64,000 nucleotides of DNA from Candidatus Aenigmatarchaeota archaeon. GTDB lineage: Archaea > Aenigmatarchaeota > Aenigmatarchaeia > GW2011-AR5. The position numbers and the translations under genes are program-made. A model generated the notes under the pieces. The model was not told where the DNA came from and did not search any database. It worked only from the letters and a program-made list of their open reading frames with translations. The DNA is taken from positions 192,001 through 256,000 of the forward strand of contig JACQID010000004.1 of the NCBI GenBank assembly GCA_016198685.1. The letters are read 5' to 3'. Of the stretch, positions 10,190-19,418 are shown piece by piece (position 1 is the stretch's first letter; each line of letters opens with the position of its first letter).

Positions 10190-10402
10190 ATGGGCGGAAG
10201 AAGTGTAGGCGGCCGGGCGGCGAACATTCGTTTACGCCAGAGAATCGCCCACCAGTCAATGAAGGAGCTTATGGAAGAGGCGGCGGTACGGGAAAAAACG
10301 CCGCCGTCACGGGACGTTAATAAGTGCGAGGCGTGCGGGTTTAAGGCGCGGTATAAATTTATACGATGTCCTGAATGTGGGGAAGTGAGGAAGAATGGCT
10401 AA
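10190..10402 (+). CDS. Small Zn-ribbon protein
   Basis: CEAC..CPEC; GGTG SD-like site before ATG 10190. Confidence 0.65.
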   Translation: MGGRSVGGRAANIRLRQRIAHQSMKELMEEAAVREKTPPSRDVNKCEACGFKARYKFIRCPECGEVRKNG

Positions 10403-10562
10403 AGATGATACGATATCAGGCGCTGGCATACTCCTTGGGGTTTTGGGACTCCTATTTTTAGCAGACGCATTAGATAAGAAAAGATGTTCTCATTGTGGGA
10501 ATTATAATACTAAACAAAATACAATATGTAATTATTGCGGATGGGGCTGGACGATTTTATAG
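10395..10562 (+). CDS. 55-aa membrane-anchored Zn-ribbon protein (not in the ORF track)
   Basis: Manual translation: MAKDDTISGAGILLGVLGLLFLADALDKKRCSHCGNYNTKQNTICNYCGWGWTIL. Confidence 0.65.
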   Translation: MAKDDTISGAGILLGVLGLLFLADALDKKRCSHCGNYNTKQNTICNYCGWGWTIL

Positions 10563-10813
10563 GCAAAAACGCTACCCCGACAGCACGGCTGGCTTCTACA
10601 TTCATAAGCATCGCTATCGTATTATTTATATTTTTCAACGCTATGCCTACGGAACTTAGAAACGGAGCGTTCTACTTTCTCCTGTTCCATTTAGCAAACC
10701 ATATATATGTCGGGTATTCAGACCTTAAAATTCACACATGTTATCGTTGTGGTGAAGAATTAAGGCCGAGAGTTAATTATAAAAAACACATCTGTAAAAA
10801 GCATGGAGCTTAA
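10541..10813 (+). CDS. Small two-TM protein with C-terminal Zn-binding motif
   Basis: Two hydrophobic segments, then HTCYRC..HICKKH. Confidence 0.6.
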   Translation: MGLDDFIGKNATPTARLASTFISIAIVLFIFFNAMPTELRNGAFYFLLFHLANHIYVGYSDLKIHTCYRCGEELRPRVNYKKHICKKHGA

Positions 10814-11028
10814 GCTGATATGTTTCTTGCGGCTGCTGGTATAAAGAAAACTAACCATGCGGCGATGCCTATCAGAAAAAGCGCTATGCCCCATGTAGTA
10901 AAAAAGTTAGACATTTCTGCGATAAAAGGCTTTGAAATTCCACCGGTGAATAAGAAAAATATACCACTAGCAATAAGTAGACCTCCTATACTCTTTGGTT
11001 GAAATATGACTTTTAGCCAATCAGACAT
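10810..11028 (-). CDS. Small two-TM membrane protein
   Basis: 72 aa with two hydrophobic helices. Confidence 0.55.
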   Translation of the reverse strand: MSDWLKVIFQPKSIGGLLIASGIFFLFTGGISKPFIAEMSNFFTTWGIALFLIGIAAWLVFFIPAAARNISA

Positions 11029-11052
11029 TTGATTATTCGTCTATAAGTCTTT

Positions 11053-12249
11053 TTAAGTCTTAGCTTCACTGAACAGCCCCTCATACTTCTTCTTTTCGGC
11101 TATCTTGGTGAAACGCTTCTTGATGTGCGGGAACTCCTCGCCTAATGCGCTTAGCGTCTCAAAGAGATAGTCGTCCAGAAGGGCTTTTTTGTTCGGTTCG
11201 TCTAACGGCAGGTAGCATTTGCCGCACAGCTTTGAGGCCGGGTCATTCGGCTGCCCGCAGCGCTCGCATGGCTTTACAGAGATTACTGGTTTGCCATTGC
11301 TTCCGTTTAGGGTTATGCCGTGCTGCTTCAGTATGGCTTCGTCCATGCTTTTTCCGCTCAGGTGGGTGTAAGTGCTTATGGTATCGGATTTGCGCCAGCC
11401 GAAGAATTCCTTCATTTGCCTGTCTGTGAATGTGCTGGCCATGAACGTGGCTCTGGCATGGCGGAAGGCATGTGGATTTACGCTCTTGTGTATATCCGCT
11501 TTTTGGGAAGCTTCTTTCAGCATCTTACGAATTAAGCCGTATGTCAGGTATCTGTCACGGCCTCTCACTCTTTCATGAACCCACAGATATGCTTCAGGGT
11601 CGTTCTTGTATGGATGGCTGTCCAGCCAGTCTTTCAGCGCCGGCGTGGAAGCTACTATGCGTATTCTTCTGTCGCCTGTTTTCCCAGAGACTCGCAGGAC
11701 GGCTCCGTATTCGTCAAATGCTACGTTCTTCATTTTAAGGGGCAGAAACTCGCCTACCCTTGTGCCAGACTCGTAAAGGCAAAGAATGAAAGCCCTGTCC
11801 CTTATGGTTCTTGCGTTTATGGCTATCGCCTTTATCTCGTCTTCCGTCAAAACGTCGTCAGGCAGCAGCGTCTTGGAACTGTTCTTTATCTTAATCCATG
11901 ATACGTCTTCCGTATCCTTGCCCCTGAGAAATTTGTAGTATTTCCGTAAAAAGACTTTGAAATCCCGTTTTGTCCAGTCTGCCCATCTGGTGCTGGCTGA
12001 TATGTCCGCCACGAGTTGGATTATGTCACTCTTGTTAGCGTTTCGTAGTGGTTTCTTCAACATAGTGGAAAGTGTTTTCATACTGTAGAAATACTTGGTT
12101 ATCCTGCCTTGTGTTATGCCCTCTGCCATCAATTGGGTATAGAAGCGTTGTGCATCCTCTTTGTCTTCCTCGTAAAGCGGGGAATCGCTTCCGAGGTATT
12201 GTTTCGCCACTTTGGCCAAGGTCTTCTCGTAATTGTGTATGTTTCCCAT
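11053..12249 (-). CDS. int: Tyrosine recombinase/integrase with C-terminal Zn ribbon
   Basis: Catalytic set LYESGTRVGE, GKTG, HAFRH, FFGW, TYTH; CERC..CGKC. Confidence 0.95.
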   Translation of the reverse strand: MGNIHNYEKTLAKVAKQYLGSDSPLYEEDKEDAQRFYTQLMAEGITQGRITKYFYSMKTLSTMLKKPLRNANKSDIIQLVADISASTRWADWTKRDFKVFLRKYYKFLRGKDTEDVSWIKIKNSSKTLLPDDVLTEDEIKAIAINARTIRDRAFILCLYESGTRVGEFLPLKMKNVAFDEYGAVLRVSGKTGDRRIRIVASTPALKDWLDSHPYKNDPEAYLWVHERVRGRDRYLTYGLIRKMLKEASQKADIHKSVNPHAFRHARATFMASTFTDRQMKEFFGWRKSDTISTYTHLSGKSMDEAILKQHGITLNGSNGKPVISVKPCERCGQPNDPASKLCGKCYLPLDEPNKKALLDDYLFETLSALGEEFPHIKKRFTKIAEKKKYEGLFSEAKT

Positions 12250-12305
12250 CGTTTCATCCTCTCCTCACTGCTCTTTAAGGAGAGGCATTAGGAATAGCCT
12301 TATCA

Positions 12306-12418
12306 TCCCCTGACTGAGATTTGAACTCAGAACCTCACCGTTTCTGGCAGAGTGCTGACATTCTTGCGCATTCAGCGCATGACTACAGCGGTGCGCTCTA
12401 CCGTTGAGCTATCAGGGG
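12306..12418 (-). tRNA. tRNA-Tyr(GTA) with 41-nt intron at 37/38 (intron 12342-12382)
   Basis: Cloverleaf CCCCTGA/TCAGGGG, GCTC/GAGC, CACCG/CGGTG, CTGAG-TTCAAAT-CTCAG; anticodon GTA. Confidence 0.93.
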
Positions 12419-12444
12419 TGTCTTACAAATAAGATAGTGAAGGA

Positions 12445-12457
12445 ATTAAAGGTTTTC
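12445..12457 (-). promoter_or_regulatory. BRE/TATA promoter of tRNA-Tyr
   Basis: Minus strand GAAAACC-TTTAAT, 27-32 nt upstream of the tRNA 5' end. Confidence 0.55.
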
Positions 12458-12534
12458 ATAAAGGCCCTACAGTCAGAAATACGGTCTCCTATATATTGGT
12501 AGGTCTTGCCTAATAATTAAACGGAAAAACTTAC

Positions 12535-13935
12535 TTAGTTGCGTTCAACCTTCTTCTTGGGAACGTGGCCGAGAAGCGCTTCTTCGCTGAGGGATCGCAT
12601 CAAGTTCTTGCCGAGTAAGTAGGCTGCAGATGCCTTAGGCAGCGCAAGCGAGCTATTCAGGCCGAATATAGGCACTATTTTGTAGCTGACTATGCGCTCA
12701 TCTCTGTTGTTCATGTCTTTGAGCTTCCATGTAAGGTCAGTGCCATAGGCATGCTTTCTCTTGATGAACTTGGGTCCGACCGAGTCCTTGACAACGAATA
12801 CCGGAGGCACAAAGTCCTTGATCGTTACAGAATCTATTTTCCTGCCAGTTGCGTTCTTTAATTCAACACCTACTGTGAATTCCGTGCCTTCGCTTATGAC
12901 CTTCTTCTGCATTATGTATTTTCTTACCCTAAGCACGCGCATCTTGTAAAGATAGTACCATGCGCCTGCAACTAGTGCCGCAAGAAGGAGAACTAGCGGT
13001 AAATAGTCTATTTTCTGTTCTATCACGGCACTTTTGCCGGGTTCAATGTCATTAAGATGCCATAAATATGAGCCTTTGTCAGAGGAAGAATATTTGGTGC
13101 CTGCAAGGAACCACGCTCCGGTTCCTGAAATGTTTCTTGCTATTGTGGCATTTCCTGCTATATTGCCGGCATTCTTTACTTCTATTTTTTCTCCGTGACC
13201 CGTGATCATCAAAACAGGCGAAACTTTTTCGATCATTACGGCTTTCTCATAAATTTCAAATTCCTGTTTTGCCGAAAGCTGCGAGTCCTTGGAGCTTAGA
13301 GCAACATCAATCCAATAGACGCCGGCAGGCATGTTCTCCGGAACCCTGAAGTTTATCTCCGCTATTTTGCTTTCGGCGGGTGCTATAACAGGTATTCTGG
13401 TGCCTTCAACTTTTATCATGCCGTTCATACTTGCAAATGTGACGTTCACATTGACGTTTTGAACTGTTGTACTTCTGTAGTTCTTGACGTATATCTTGGC
13501 ATTGATGTTGCCTGTAGGGAAGAAATCACCGCTTATCGAGGTTTTGTCTATGTCAACGACATCATCCCTGCTTACAAAAATGTAAATGTCCTTCGAATCT
13601 TCTCTCTGGGTATTCAGGCCTTTGGCCGTCAGGGTAAGCTTGTAATTTATTCCTGAAACCACCTCTCGCGGCGGGGTTATGTAAAGCGTAACATTGTCCT
13701 TTCGAGCTTCAACAGTTTCTATAGAATATGCGCTGAGTATGGTCCATGTCTTCTCGCCATTAAGGCTCAAGATTACGGTTTCTTTTCCGTCACCTGTTAT
13801 AAAAATCGGTATCGCTTCTGTCGAGCCTACTGAAACCCTATAAGATGTCTTCTCAATGTCAAGGGATAATGCAAATGCAGGAGCTGCGGAAAAAACTGCA
13901 GCAAGAAACGCTATCAATATCGCCCGGTTGAGCAT
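12535..13935 (-). CDS. Secreted, membrane-anchored Ig-like (CARDB/DUF11-like) surface protein
   Basis: Signal peptide MLNRAILIAFLAAVFSAAPAFA, beta-rich domains, late TM helix. Confidence 0.7.
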   Translation of the reverse strand: MLNRAILIAFLAAVFSAAPAFALSLDIEKTSYRVSVGSTEAIPIFITGDGKETVILSLNGEKTWTILSAYSIETVEARKDNVTLYITPPREVVSGINYKLTLTAKGLNTQREDSKDIYIFVSRDDVVDIDKTSISGDFFPTGNINAKIYVKNYRSTTVQNVNVNVTFASMNGMIKVEGTRIPVIAPAESKIAEINFRVPENMPAGVYWIDVALSSKDSQLSAKQEFEIYEKAVMIEKVSPVLMITGHGEKIEVKNAGNIAGNATIARNISGTGAWFLAGTKYSSSDKGSYLWHLNDIEPGKSAVIEQKIDYLPLVLLLAALVAGAWYYLYKMRVLRVRKYIMQKKVISEGTEFTVGVELKNATGRKIDSVTIKDFVPPVFVVKDSVGPKFIKRKHAYGTDLTWKLKDMNNRDERIVSYKIVPIFGLNSSLALPKASAAYLLGKNLMRSLSEEALLGHVPKKKVERN

Positions 13936-14013
13936 AACTTTATCTACTGATTAAATTATATAAGGTGATTTTTGCGCAAAGGGCGTTTAAATTTCCTGCC
14001 CCAAATACAATTC

Positions 14014-14529
14014 ATGGAAGTATGGAGGCGGTTTGCGTGGGTTCCTGGAATATTGGCTTTAGTGGCGCTTTATGCATTGAATCTGCTCCCCATACTGTTT
14101 CTTGCGGCGCTTAGCTTGGCCACGAGCTTTGTGATAAACCGGATACAAATCCGCTCTTTAGGCGTGGAATTTGCCCTTTTTACATCGGTCATCGCAGGCA
14201 TAGCATATGGCCCCTGGGCAGGAGCGCTCACTGCGCTTGCGCTTATGTCCTTTCATATCGCCGTTGCAAATTACATAGGTCCCTATATAATATGGGTGAT
14301 ACCGGAATATGTTCTGGCAGGCTTTCTCGCAGGGTTTCTGCAATGGGATCCGGTCACACTGGGCGTTTCTTTGGCATTGATGGTCAATGCCATAGGATTA
14401 TTCTTCACTTTCATCTTCAACCGCAACTTTCTGGGCCATTATCTGCCTTATGCCATCACGAATGTGATTTTTAATTTTCTTGTATTTCGCGCAGCTGCAC
14501 ACGGAATTCTTTCTTGGTTCATGCCCTAA
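14014..14529 (+). CDS. Multi-pass membrane protein, ECF S-component-like (ORF track start 13972)
   Basis: About six TM helices; GIAYGPWAGAL resembles the S-component motif. Confidence 0.55.
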   Translation: MEVWRRFAWVPGILALVALYALNLLPILFLAALSLATSFVINRIQIRSLGVEFALFTSVIAGIAYGPWAGALTALALMSFHIAVANYIGPYIIWVIPEYVLAGFLAGFLQWDPVTLGVSLALMVNAIGLFFTFIFNRNFLGHYLPYAITNVIFNFLVFRAAAHGILSWFMP

Positions 14530-14840
14530 AAGTTGAAATAGGAAATTAAGATAATTGCGATGACAATCAGAACAATTATAATTTCCATTGTTAGATATAA
14601 TCTGTATCCTCTTCCCATTGTCATATTGACAAGCGTTCTTCCTTTCAGCTTTGCGGGATTTTTCGGGTTTTTAGGCACATGGGCCAAAGAAACTTCCGGA
14701 AACAGCATTCCTCTATGCCCGCAATGATGGCATTCCTTGAAAATATGTCCGAATCCTGCCATTAAAGGATTTGAGAAATCGGCTGAGATGTCTTTGCTGT
14801 TGCACAGAGGGCAAATAATAACTTTGTTTCTTTTAGACAT
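14526..14840 (-). CDS. Zn-ribbon protein with C-terminal TM anchor
   Basis: CPLC..CHHC and a hydrophobic tail. Confidence 0.7.
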   Translation of the reverse strand: MSKRNKVIICPLCNSKDISADFSNPLMAGFGHIFKECHHCGHRGMLFPEVSLAHVPKNPKNPAKLKGRTLVNMTMGRGYRLYLTMEIIIVLIVIAIILISYFNF

Positions 14841-14902
14841 TAATATTTTTTCATCTATGAGAATAAAAGCTAAATATACCCTCAACAATTATATCTCGGA
14901 AC

Positions 14903-15346
14903 ATGACTAAAATATACATAGGCTCGGATCATAACGGTTTTCTTCTCAAGCAGGAAATCAAAAAATACCTGAAAGAAAAAGGTTTTGACTTCGAAGATCT
15001 TGGAAACGCGATCATGGACAAGAACGATGATTATCCTGAATATGCGTTTGCAGTTGCAAAGAAGGTTGGAGAGGGAGCGACAGGCATTCTTCTCTGCGGG
15101 TCGGGCCATGGAATGGCGATAGCCGCAAACAAGATTGCAGGAGTGCGCGCCGTTTGCGTCAGCAGTGCTGACGATGCAAAGAGCGCAAAATCAGACGACA
15201 ATGCTAATCTTATATGCCTGTCAGGCTGGGCATTGGGCCCTTCCAAGGCAAAAGAAATATTGAATGCATGGTTCTCGACTGAGTTTAGCGGCGCCGAGCG
15301 CCACAAGAGGCGGCTTGCCCAAATTGAAAGGATGGAAAGAAAATGA
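14903..15346 (+). CDS. rpiB: Ribose-5-phosphate isomerase B
   Basis: IGSDHNG, DDYP, LLCGSGHGMAIAANK, RH.RRL. Confidence 0.96.
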   Translation: MTKIYIGSDHNGFLLKQEIKKYLKEKGFDFEDLGNAIMDKNDDYPEYAFAVAKKVGEGATGILLCGSGHGMAIAANKIAGVRAVCVSSADDAKSAKSDDNANLICLSGWALGPSKAKEILNAWFSTEFSGAERHKRRLAQIERMERK

Positions 15347-15954
15347 AAATTATTCCCTCCATAATAGCCAAAGACCAGAAGGAACTTGATATCCGTCTGG
15401 GCAGAGTAATAAGATATTCCAATCTTTTTCATCTTGATGTCATGGACGGCGAGTTTGTCAGGAATACTTCACTGCAATTCAATCTTGCATTGCCCAACGC
15501 CTGCTATGAAGCTCATCTGATGGTCAAGAATCCTGTCAAGTGGCTCGATGATAACGCAAAGAAAATGGATAGGGTCATATTCCACGCCGAAAGTCCGTCA
15601 CTTTCCCGTCTCATAAGCGACGCCAAAAAGCTTGGCAAGAAGGTGAGTTTAGCCCTGAACCCAGAAACTGAGATAAGGGACATCGAGCCGTTTCTTGAGT
15701 TGGTAGACCGAGTTCTTGTCATGACCGTAAGTCCAGGCGCATACGGAGCTCCATTCCTGCCGGAAACCCTGAGGAAGATAAAGAGGCTCAAAGAGCTTTA
15801 TCCTGGCATCGAAATAGAAACTGACGGCGGGGTAACCCCTCAGACCATCAAAAGCATGAAGATGGCTGGGGCGGGGTTATTTGTCTGCGGGTCTTACATT
15901 CAGGATAATGATGCCGGGAAAGCGATAGCGGAAATGGAAGCATTAATTCGATAA
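15343..15954 (+). CDS. rpe: Ribulose-phosphate 3-epimerase
   Basis: HLDVMDG, EAHLMV, LVMTVSPG..G, ETDGG. Confidence 0.96.
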   Translation: MKIIPSIIAKDQKELDIRLGRVIRYSNLFHLDVMDGEFVRNTSLQFNLALPNACYEAHLMVKNPVKWLDDNAKKMDRVIFHAESPSLSRLISDAKKLGKKVSLALNPETEIRDIEPFLELVDRVLVMTVSPGAYGAPFLPETLRKIKRLKELYPGIEIETDGGVTPQTIKSMKMAGAGLFVCGSYIQDNDAGKAIAEMEALIR

Positions 15955-16015
15955 TTTCATTAGTTTCGATCGTTCTATATATAAAAGGCGCTGCCAATAT
16001 TTATCACGTGATTTA

Positions 16016-17839
16016 ATGGCCGACAAAAGGCAGCTTGCGGATATATCTTCTATATTACGTATTGATTCATTAAAGATGACCTCAGAGGCAGGAAGCGGTC
16101 ATCCTACATCTTGCATGTCATGCGCCGAAATAATGAGTGTTTTGTTTTTCCATGAGATGGCTTACGATACAAAAAATCCCTGCAATCCAGATAACGATGA
16201 ATTCATTTTAAGTAAAGGCCATGCCGCGCCTATTCTCTATTCGAGCCTCTACAGGGCAGGGTGCATACGCGATGATTTGATGTCGCTAAGAAAAATGTCA
16301 AGCCGCCTTGAGGGGCATCCTGTGCCTTCTTCCCTTCCATGGGTAAAGGTAGCCACCGGCTCGCTCGGGCAAGGGTTGTCAGTCGGCGTTGGTATGGCGC
16401 TTGCATCCAAGATGCAGAGCAGAAAATACAGGACATACGTCCTGATTGGCGACAGTGAAGCTGCAGAAGGCTCGGTATACGAGGCTCTGCAAATTGCTTC
16501 CCATTACAAGCTCAATAATCTTTGCGTCATAGTCGACGTCAACCGTCTCGGCCAGAGAGGCGAAACCATGCCAGGCCATGACACGGACTATTACGCAAAA
16601 AGATTTGGATCTTTCGGATGGCAGACAATAGTGATAGATGGCCATGACATCACGGCAATCATACAGGCTCTTGGAGAATCCAGATCTTCTATGCCCACAG
16701 TGATAATAGCAAAAACATTGAAAGGCAAAGGCGTTTCATTTCTTGAGAACAAAGAAGGATGGCACGGCAAGGCTCTTGACAAGGATGCATTGGCCCAGGC
16801 GTTGGCCGAAATTCCTCAGGCACCAATGCCATCAATTGCAATAAGAAAGCCCATGGCTTGCAAAATTATTGCAAAGTCTCCAAGCAAGCCTGCAAGTCCC
16901 TCTTACGCCTTGGGGACAGAAGTGGCCACGCGTCAGGCATACGGAACGGCGCTTGCAAAGCTCGCTAAAGCCGACAGTTCCGTGATTGCAGTCGATGCAG
17001 AAGTGAGCAATTCAACATATGCCGAGCAAGTGAAAAAGTTATCACCATCGCAATTTATCGAAGCCTACATAGCAGAGCAGAATATGGTAGGCATGTCGTT
17101 GGGCCTTTCGGTCAAAGGCTTCAATGTCTTTGCGTCCACGTTCGCTGCATTTCTTTGCAGGGCGCATGATCAGATAAGGATGGCATCCCTTTCTTCGGCT
17201 AACATGACGTTCTCAGGCTCCCATTGCGGCGTCTCCATAGGCGAAGACGGAGCTTCTCAGATGGGGTTGGACGACATAGCCATGTTCCGTGGCTTGCATG
17301 GAAGCGTGATTCTTTATCCTTCTGACGCCGTGTCGACAGAGAAGCTTGTCTTTCTCGCGGCACAGAACAAAGGAATAAAATACATAAGAACCACAAGACC
17401 TGCAATACCGGTCGTTTATGGTAATAATGAAGAATTCCCGCTTGGCGGATTCAAGGCCGTCAAAAAGAATGCAAAAGATAAAATCGTATTGGCCGGTGCC
17501 GGCATAACGCTGCATGAGGCATTGAAGGCCTATGATGATCTGCAGAAGCTTGGAATAAGTTCTGCGGTTACAGATCTTTACTGCATAAAACCGTTCGTCG
17601 CAGAAAAGTTTGCGGATTTCGTTAAAAAGCATGGAAACTGTCTGATAGTATCTGAAGACCATTATGCCGCGGGAGGCATAGGTGAGATGATAATTTCTTC
17701 TCTGAAGAACACCGGAATAAAAATCGAGTGCCTGTCGGTCAAAGGAATGCCGCATTCTGGCAAGAAAGATGAGCTTTTGGATAAGTGCGGCATTAGTTCA
17801 AAACATATTATCAAGGCAGCGAGGAGGCTTTTGGAATGA
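16016..17839 (+). CDS. tkt: Transketolase
   Basis: GSGHPTS, LSKGHAAP, TGSLGQGL, GDSE..EG..N TPP motif, GEDGASQ. Confidence 0.96.
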   Translation: MADKRQLADISSILRIDSLKMTSEAGSGHPTSCMSCAEIMSVLFFHEMAYDTKNPCNPDNDEFILSKGHAAPILYSSLYRAGCIRDDLMSLRKMSSRLEGHPVPSSLPWVKVATGSLGQGLSVGVGMALASKMQSRKYRTYVLIGDSEAAEGSVYEALQIASHYKLNNLCVIVDVNRLGQRGETMPGHDTDYYAKRFGSFGWQTIVIDGHDITAIIQALGESRSSMPTVIIAKTLKGKGVSFLENKEGWHGKALDKDALAQALAEIPQAPMPSIAIRKPMACKIIAKSPSKPASPSYALGTEVATRQAYGTALAKLAKADSSVIAVDAEVSNSTYAEQVKKLSPSQFIEAYIAEQNMVGMSLGLSVKGFNVFASTFAAFLCRAHDQIRMASLSSANMTFSGSHCGVSIGEDGASQMGLDDIAMFRGLHGSVILYPSDAVSTEKLVFLAAQNKGIKYIRTTRPAIPVVYGNNEEFPLGGFKAVKKNAKDKIVLAGAGITLHEALKAYDDLQKLGISSAVTDLYCIKPFVAEKFADFVKKHGNCLIVSEDHYAAGGIGEMIISSLKNTGIKIECLSVKGMPHSGKKDELLDKCGISSKHIIKAARRLLE

Positions 17840-18528
17840 AAGAAACTATAGATAGCATATTGCAAGCCGATAGGCGAATATTTAGAGTGGCGATTTTCGG
17901 CTCTGCGAGGATCAAAAAAAACGATGCCAATTACAGGATGATTTACAGGCTCGCGAAAATGATAGGCAAGGAGCATGTCGATATCGTGACTGGCGGCGGC
18001 CCGGGAATAATGGAAGCTGCAAATAAAGGGCATAAGGCAGGAAGCAATGGTAATGGCGCTCACTCGATGGGGCTTCTCATAAAGCTGCCTAACGAGCAGA
18101 AATCAAACAAGCATATTGACATAAAGAAAGAGTATAGGCATTTCTCCGAAAGGCTTGATAATTTTATGATGCTTTCAAGCGCGGTAGTAGTCGCGCCTGG
18201 CGGATTAGGGACTCTGCTTGAACTTGTATATGCATGGCAACTGATGCAGGTCCGGCATACATGCGAGATACCGCTTATCGTCATAGGCGATATGTGGAAA
18301 GAATTTGTGGCATGGTCGAAAAAATGGCAATTGAGAAGTGCCTACATGAAGCCCGAGGATTTTGATTCTATCTATACTGTGGCTACGGCAGATGATGCCA
18401 TGGAAATATTGAAGCAAGCTCATGAACAGTATCTGAAGGCCGGCAAGAATGCGTGCTTCAATACTGTAAGATATGGCAAAAAGCTGCATGTGAACGGAAA
18501 AAAAGCGGTATTGCGAAGGCTGTCATGA
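17836..18528 (+). CDS. LOG-family nucleotide phosphoribohydrolase
   Basis: FGSAR, TGGGPGIMEAANKG, PGGLGTLLE. Confidence 0.9.
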   Translation: MKETIDSILQADRRIFRVAIFGSARIKKNDANYRMIYRLAKMIGKEHVDIVTGGGPGIMEAANKGHKAGSNGNGAHSMGLLIKLPNEQKSNKHIDIKKEYRHFSERLDNFMMLSSAVVVAPGGLGTLLELVYAWQLMQVRHTCEIPLIVIGDMWKEFVAWSKKWQLRSAYMKPEDFDSIYTVATADDAMEILKQAHEQYLKAGKNACFNTVRYGKKLHVNGKKAVLRRLS

Positions 18529-18639
18529 TGATGATATTGCCTTCTTGCCTGGAACAGTGGAATATACATCAATACGGCAGGATGCGAATAAGCACTGCAA
18601 ATACGGGAAAGCTTAAATAGTTTTTGTTACTATTTTTTA

Positions 18640-19356
18640 GTGAGAATTATGCCTATAAGAATAGACAGAGAAGGTATCCATATATCCGTCAGACTCGGCC
18701 CTATTTTACCGCAGAGGAATAAAAAAATAGAGCGGGTTGCTATTGACCAACCACCTGCAACAGAAAGAGAAGCTTCTGCTGACGCGCAAACGACAGCGCC
18801 TTCTTGCGGTGATGATGTAGGAAAATACAGCGGCATAGCGCTTAAGGGCTGGCTATCACAGAATTATGCCGTAAGCCCTGTTGAAACAAACGATAATATG
18901 GTTATAGTTACAGGAAGGGATTTTGAAACCAATAGTCCTAAGTTTGAGTTGATACCTCGTTCTTATCGTGCAGCAAGGCAAAAACGTCCCAAACATCATA
19001 AAGAGGACAGCGGACGTTCAGTTACCGAGATACCCGATTCTGCTTACAGAGAAAGCACCTCTTACACGGGTCCTGTTATTGTTCATGCATACGCCGAGCT
19101 TGCTGACATGCTTGTGGAAAATGGAGAACTTTTCATCGATAAAAATCAACGGCTCGCAGGAAAACGCGTAGTAGCACGGGGGAACGGTATAGCGAAAAAT
19201 CTCAAACGGATGCTGACGGCGTATCTTCATGCCAATGGCATAGAATATGATGTCAGAATAGATTATAGAAACGATGGAGCAATGCTGACAATAAACCCAG
19301 AAGCCCGCGCGGCCTACAATGCACTGGGTCAAATAAATGCAGGCAGGCATTATTGA
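18640..19356 (+). CDS. Hypothetical protein
   Basis: 238-aa ORF with no recognised motif. Confidence 0.55.
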   Translation: MRIMPIRIDREGIHISVRLGPILPQRNKKIERVAIDQPPATEREASADAQTTAPSCGDDVGKYSGIALKGWLSQNYAVSPVETNDNMVIVTGRDFETNSPKFELIPRSYRAARQKRPKHHKEDSGRSVTEIPDSAYRESTSYTGPVIVHAYAELADMLVENGELFIDKNQRLAGKRVVARGNGIAKNLKRMLTAYLHANGIEYDVRIDYRNDGAMLTINPEARAAYNALGQINAGRHY

Positions 19357-19418
19357 TTAGATGCGTGGTTTTACAACACTTTTATATAACCTGTTGCCCT
19401 CTATTTATTGGTGGCTGC

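Larger units (their letters stand above)
1..12305. mobile_element. Integrated element (provirus/integrative plasmid-like defence island) at the tRNA-Tyr 3' end; left boundary lies outside the window
   Basis: Tyrosine integrase starts 57 bp past the tRNA-Tyr 3' end. Cargo is R-M, nuclease, HTH and small Zn-finger genes, AT-richer than the flanking housekeeping genes. The second att copy is not in the window. Confidence 0.75.

Noticed and set aside
12342-12382. tRNA-Tyr intron as a guide RNA
   Set aside because: Only simple hairpins (TGCGC/GCGCA); no k-turn or box-anchored antisense element found
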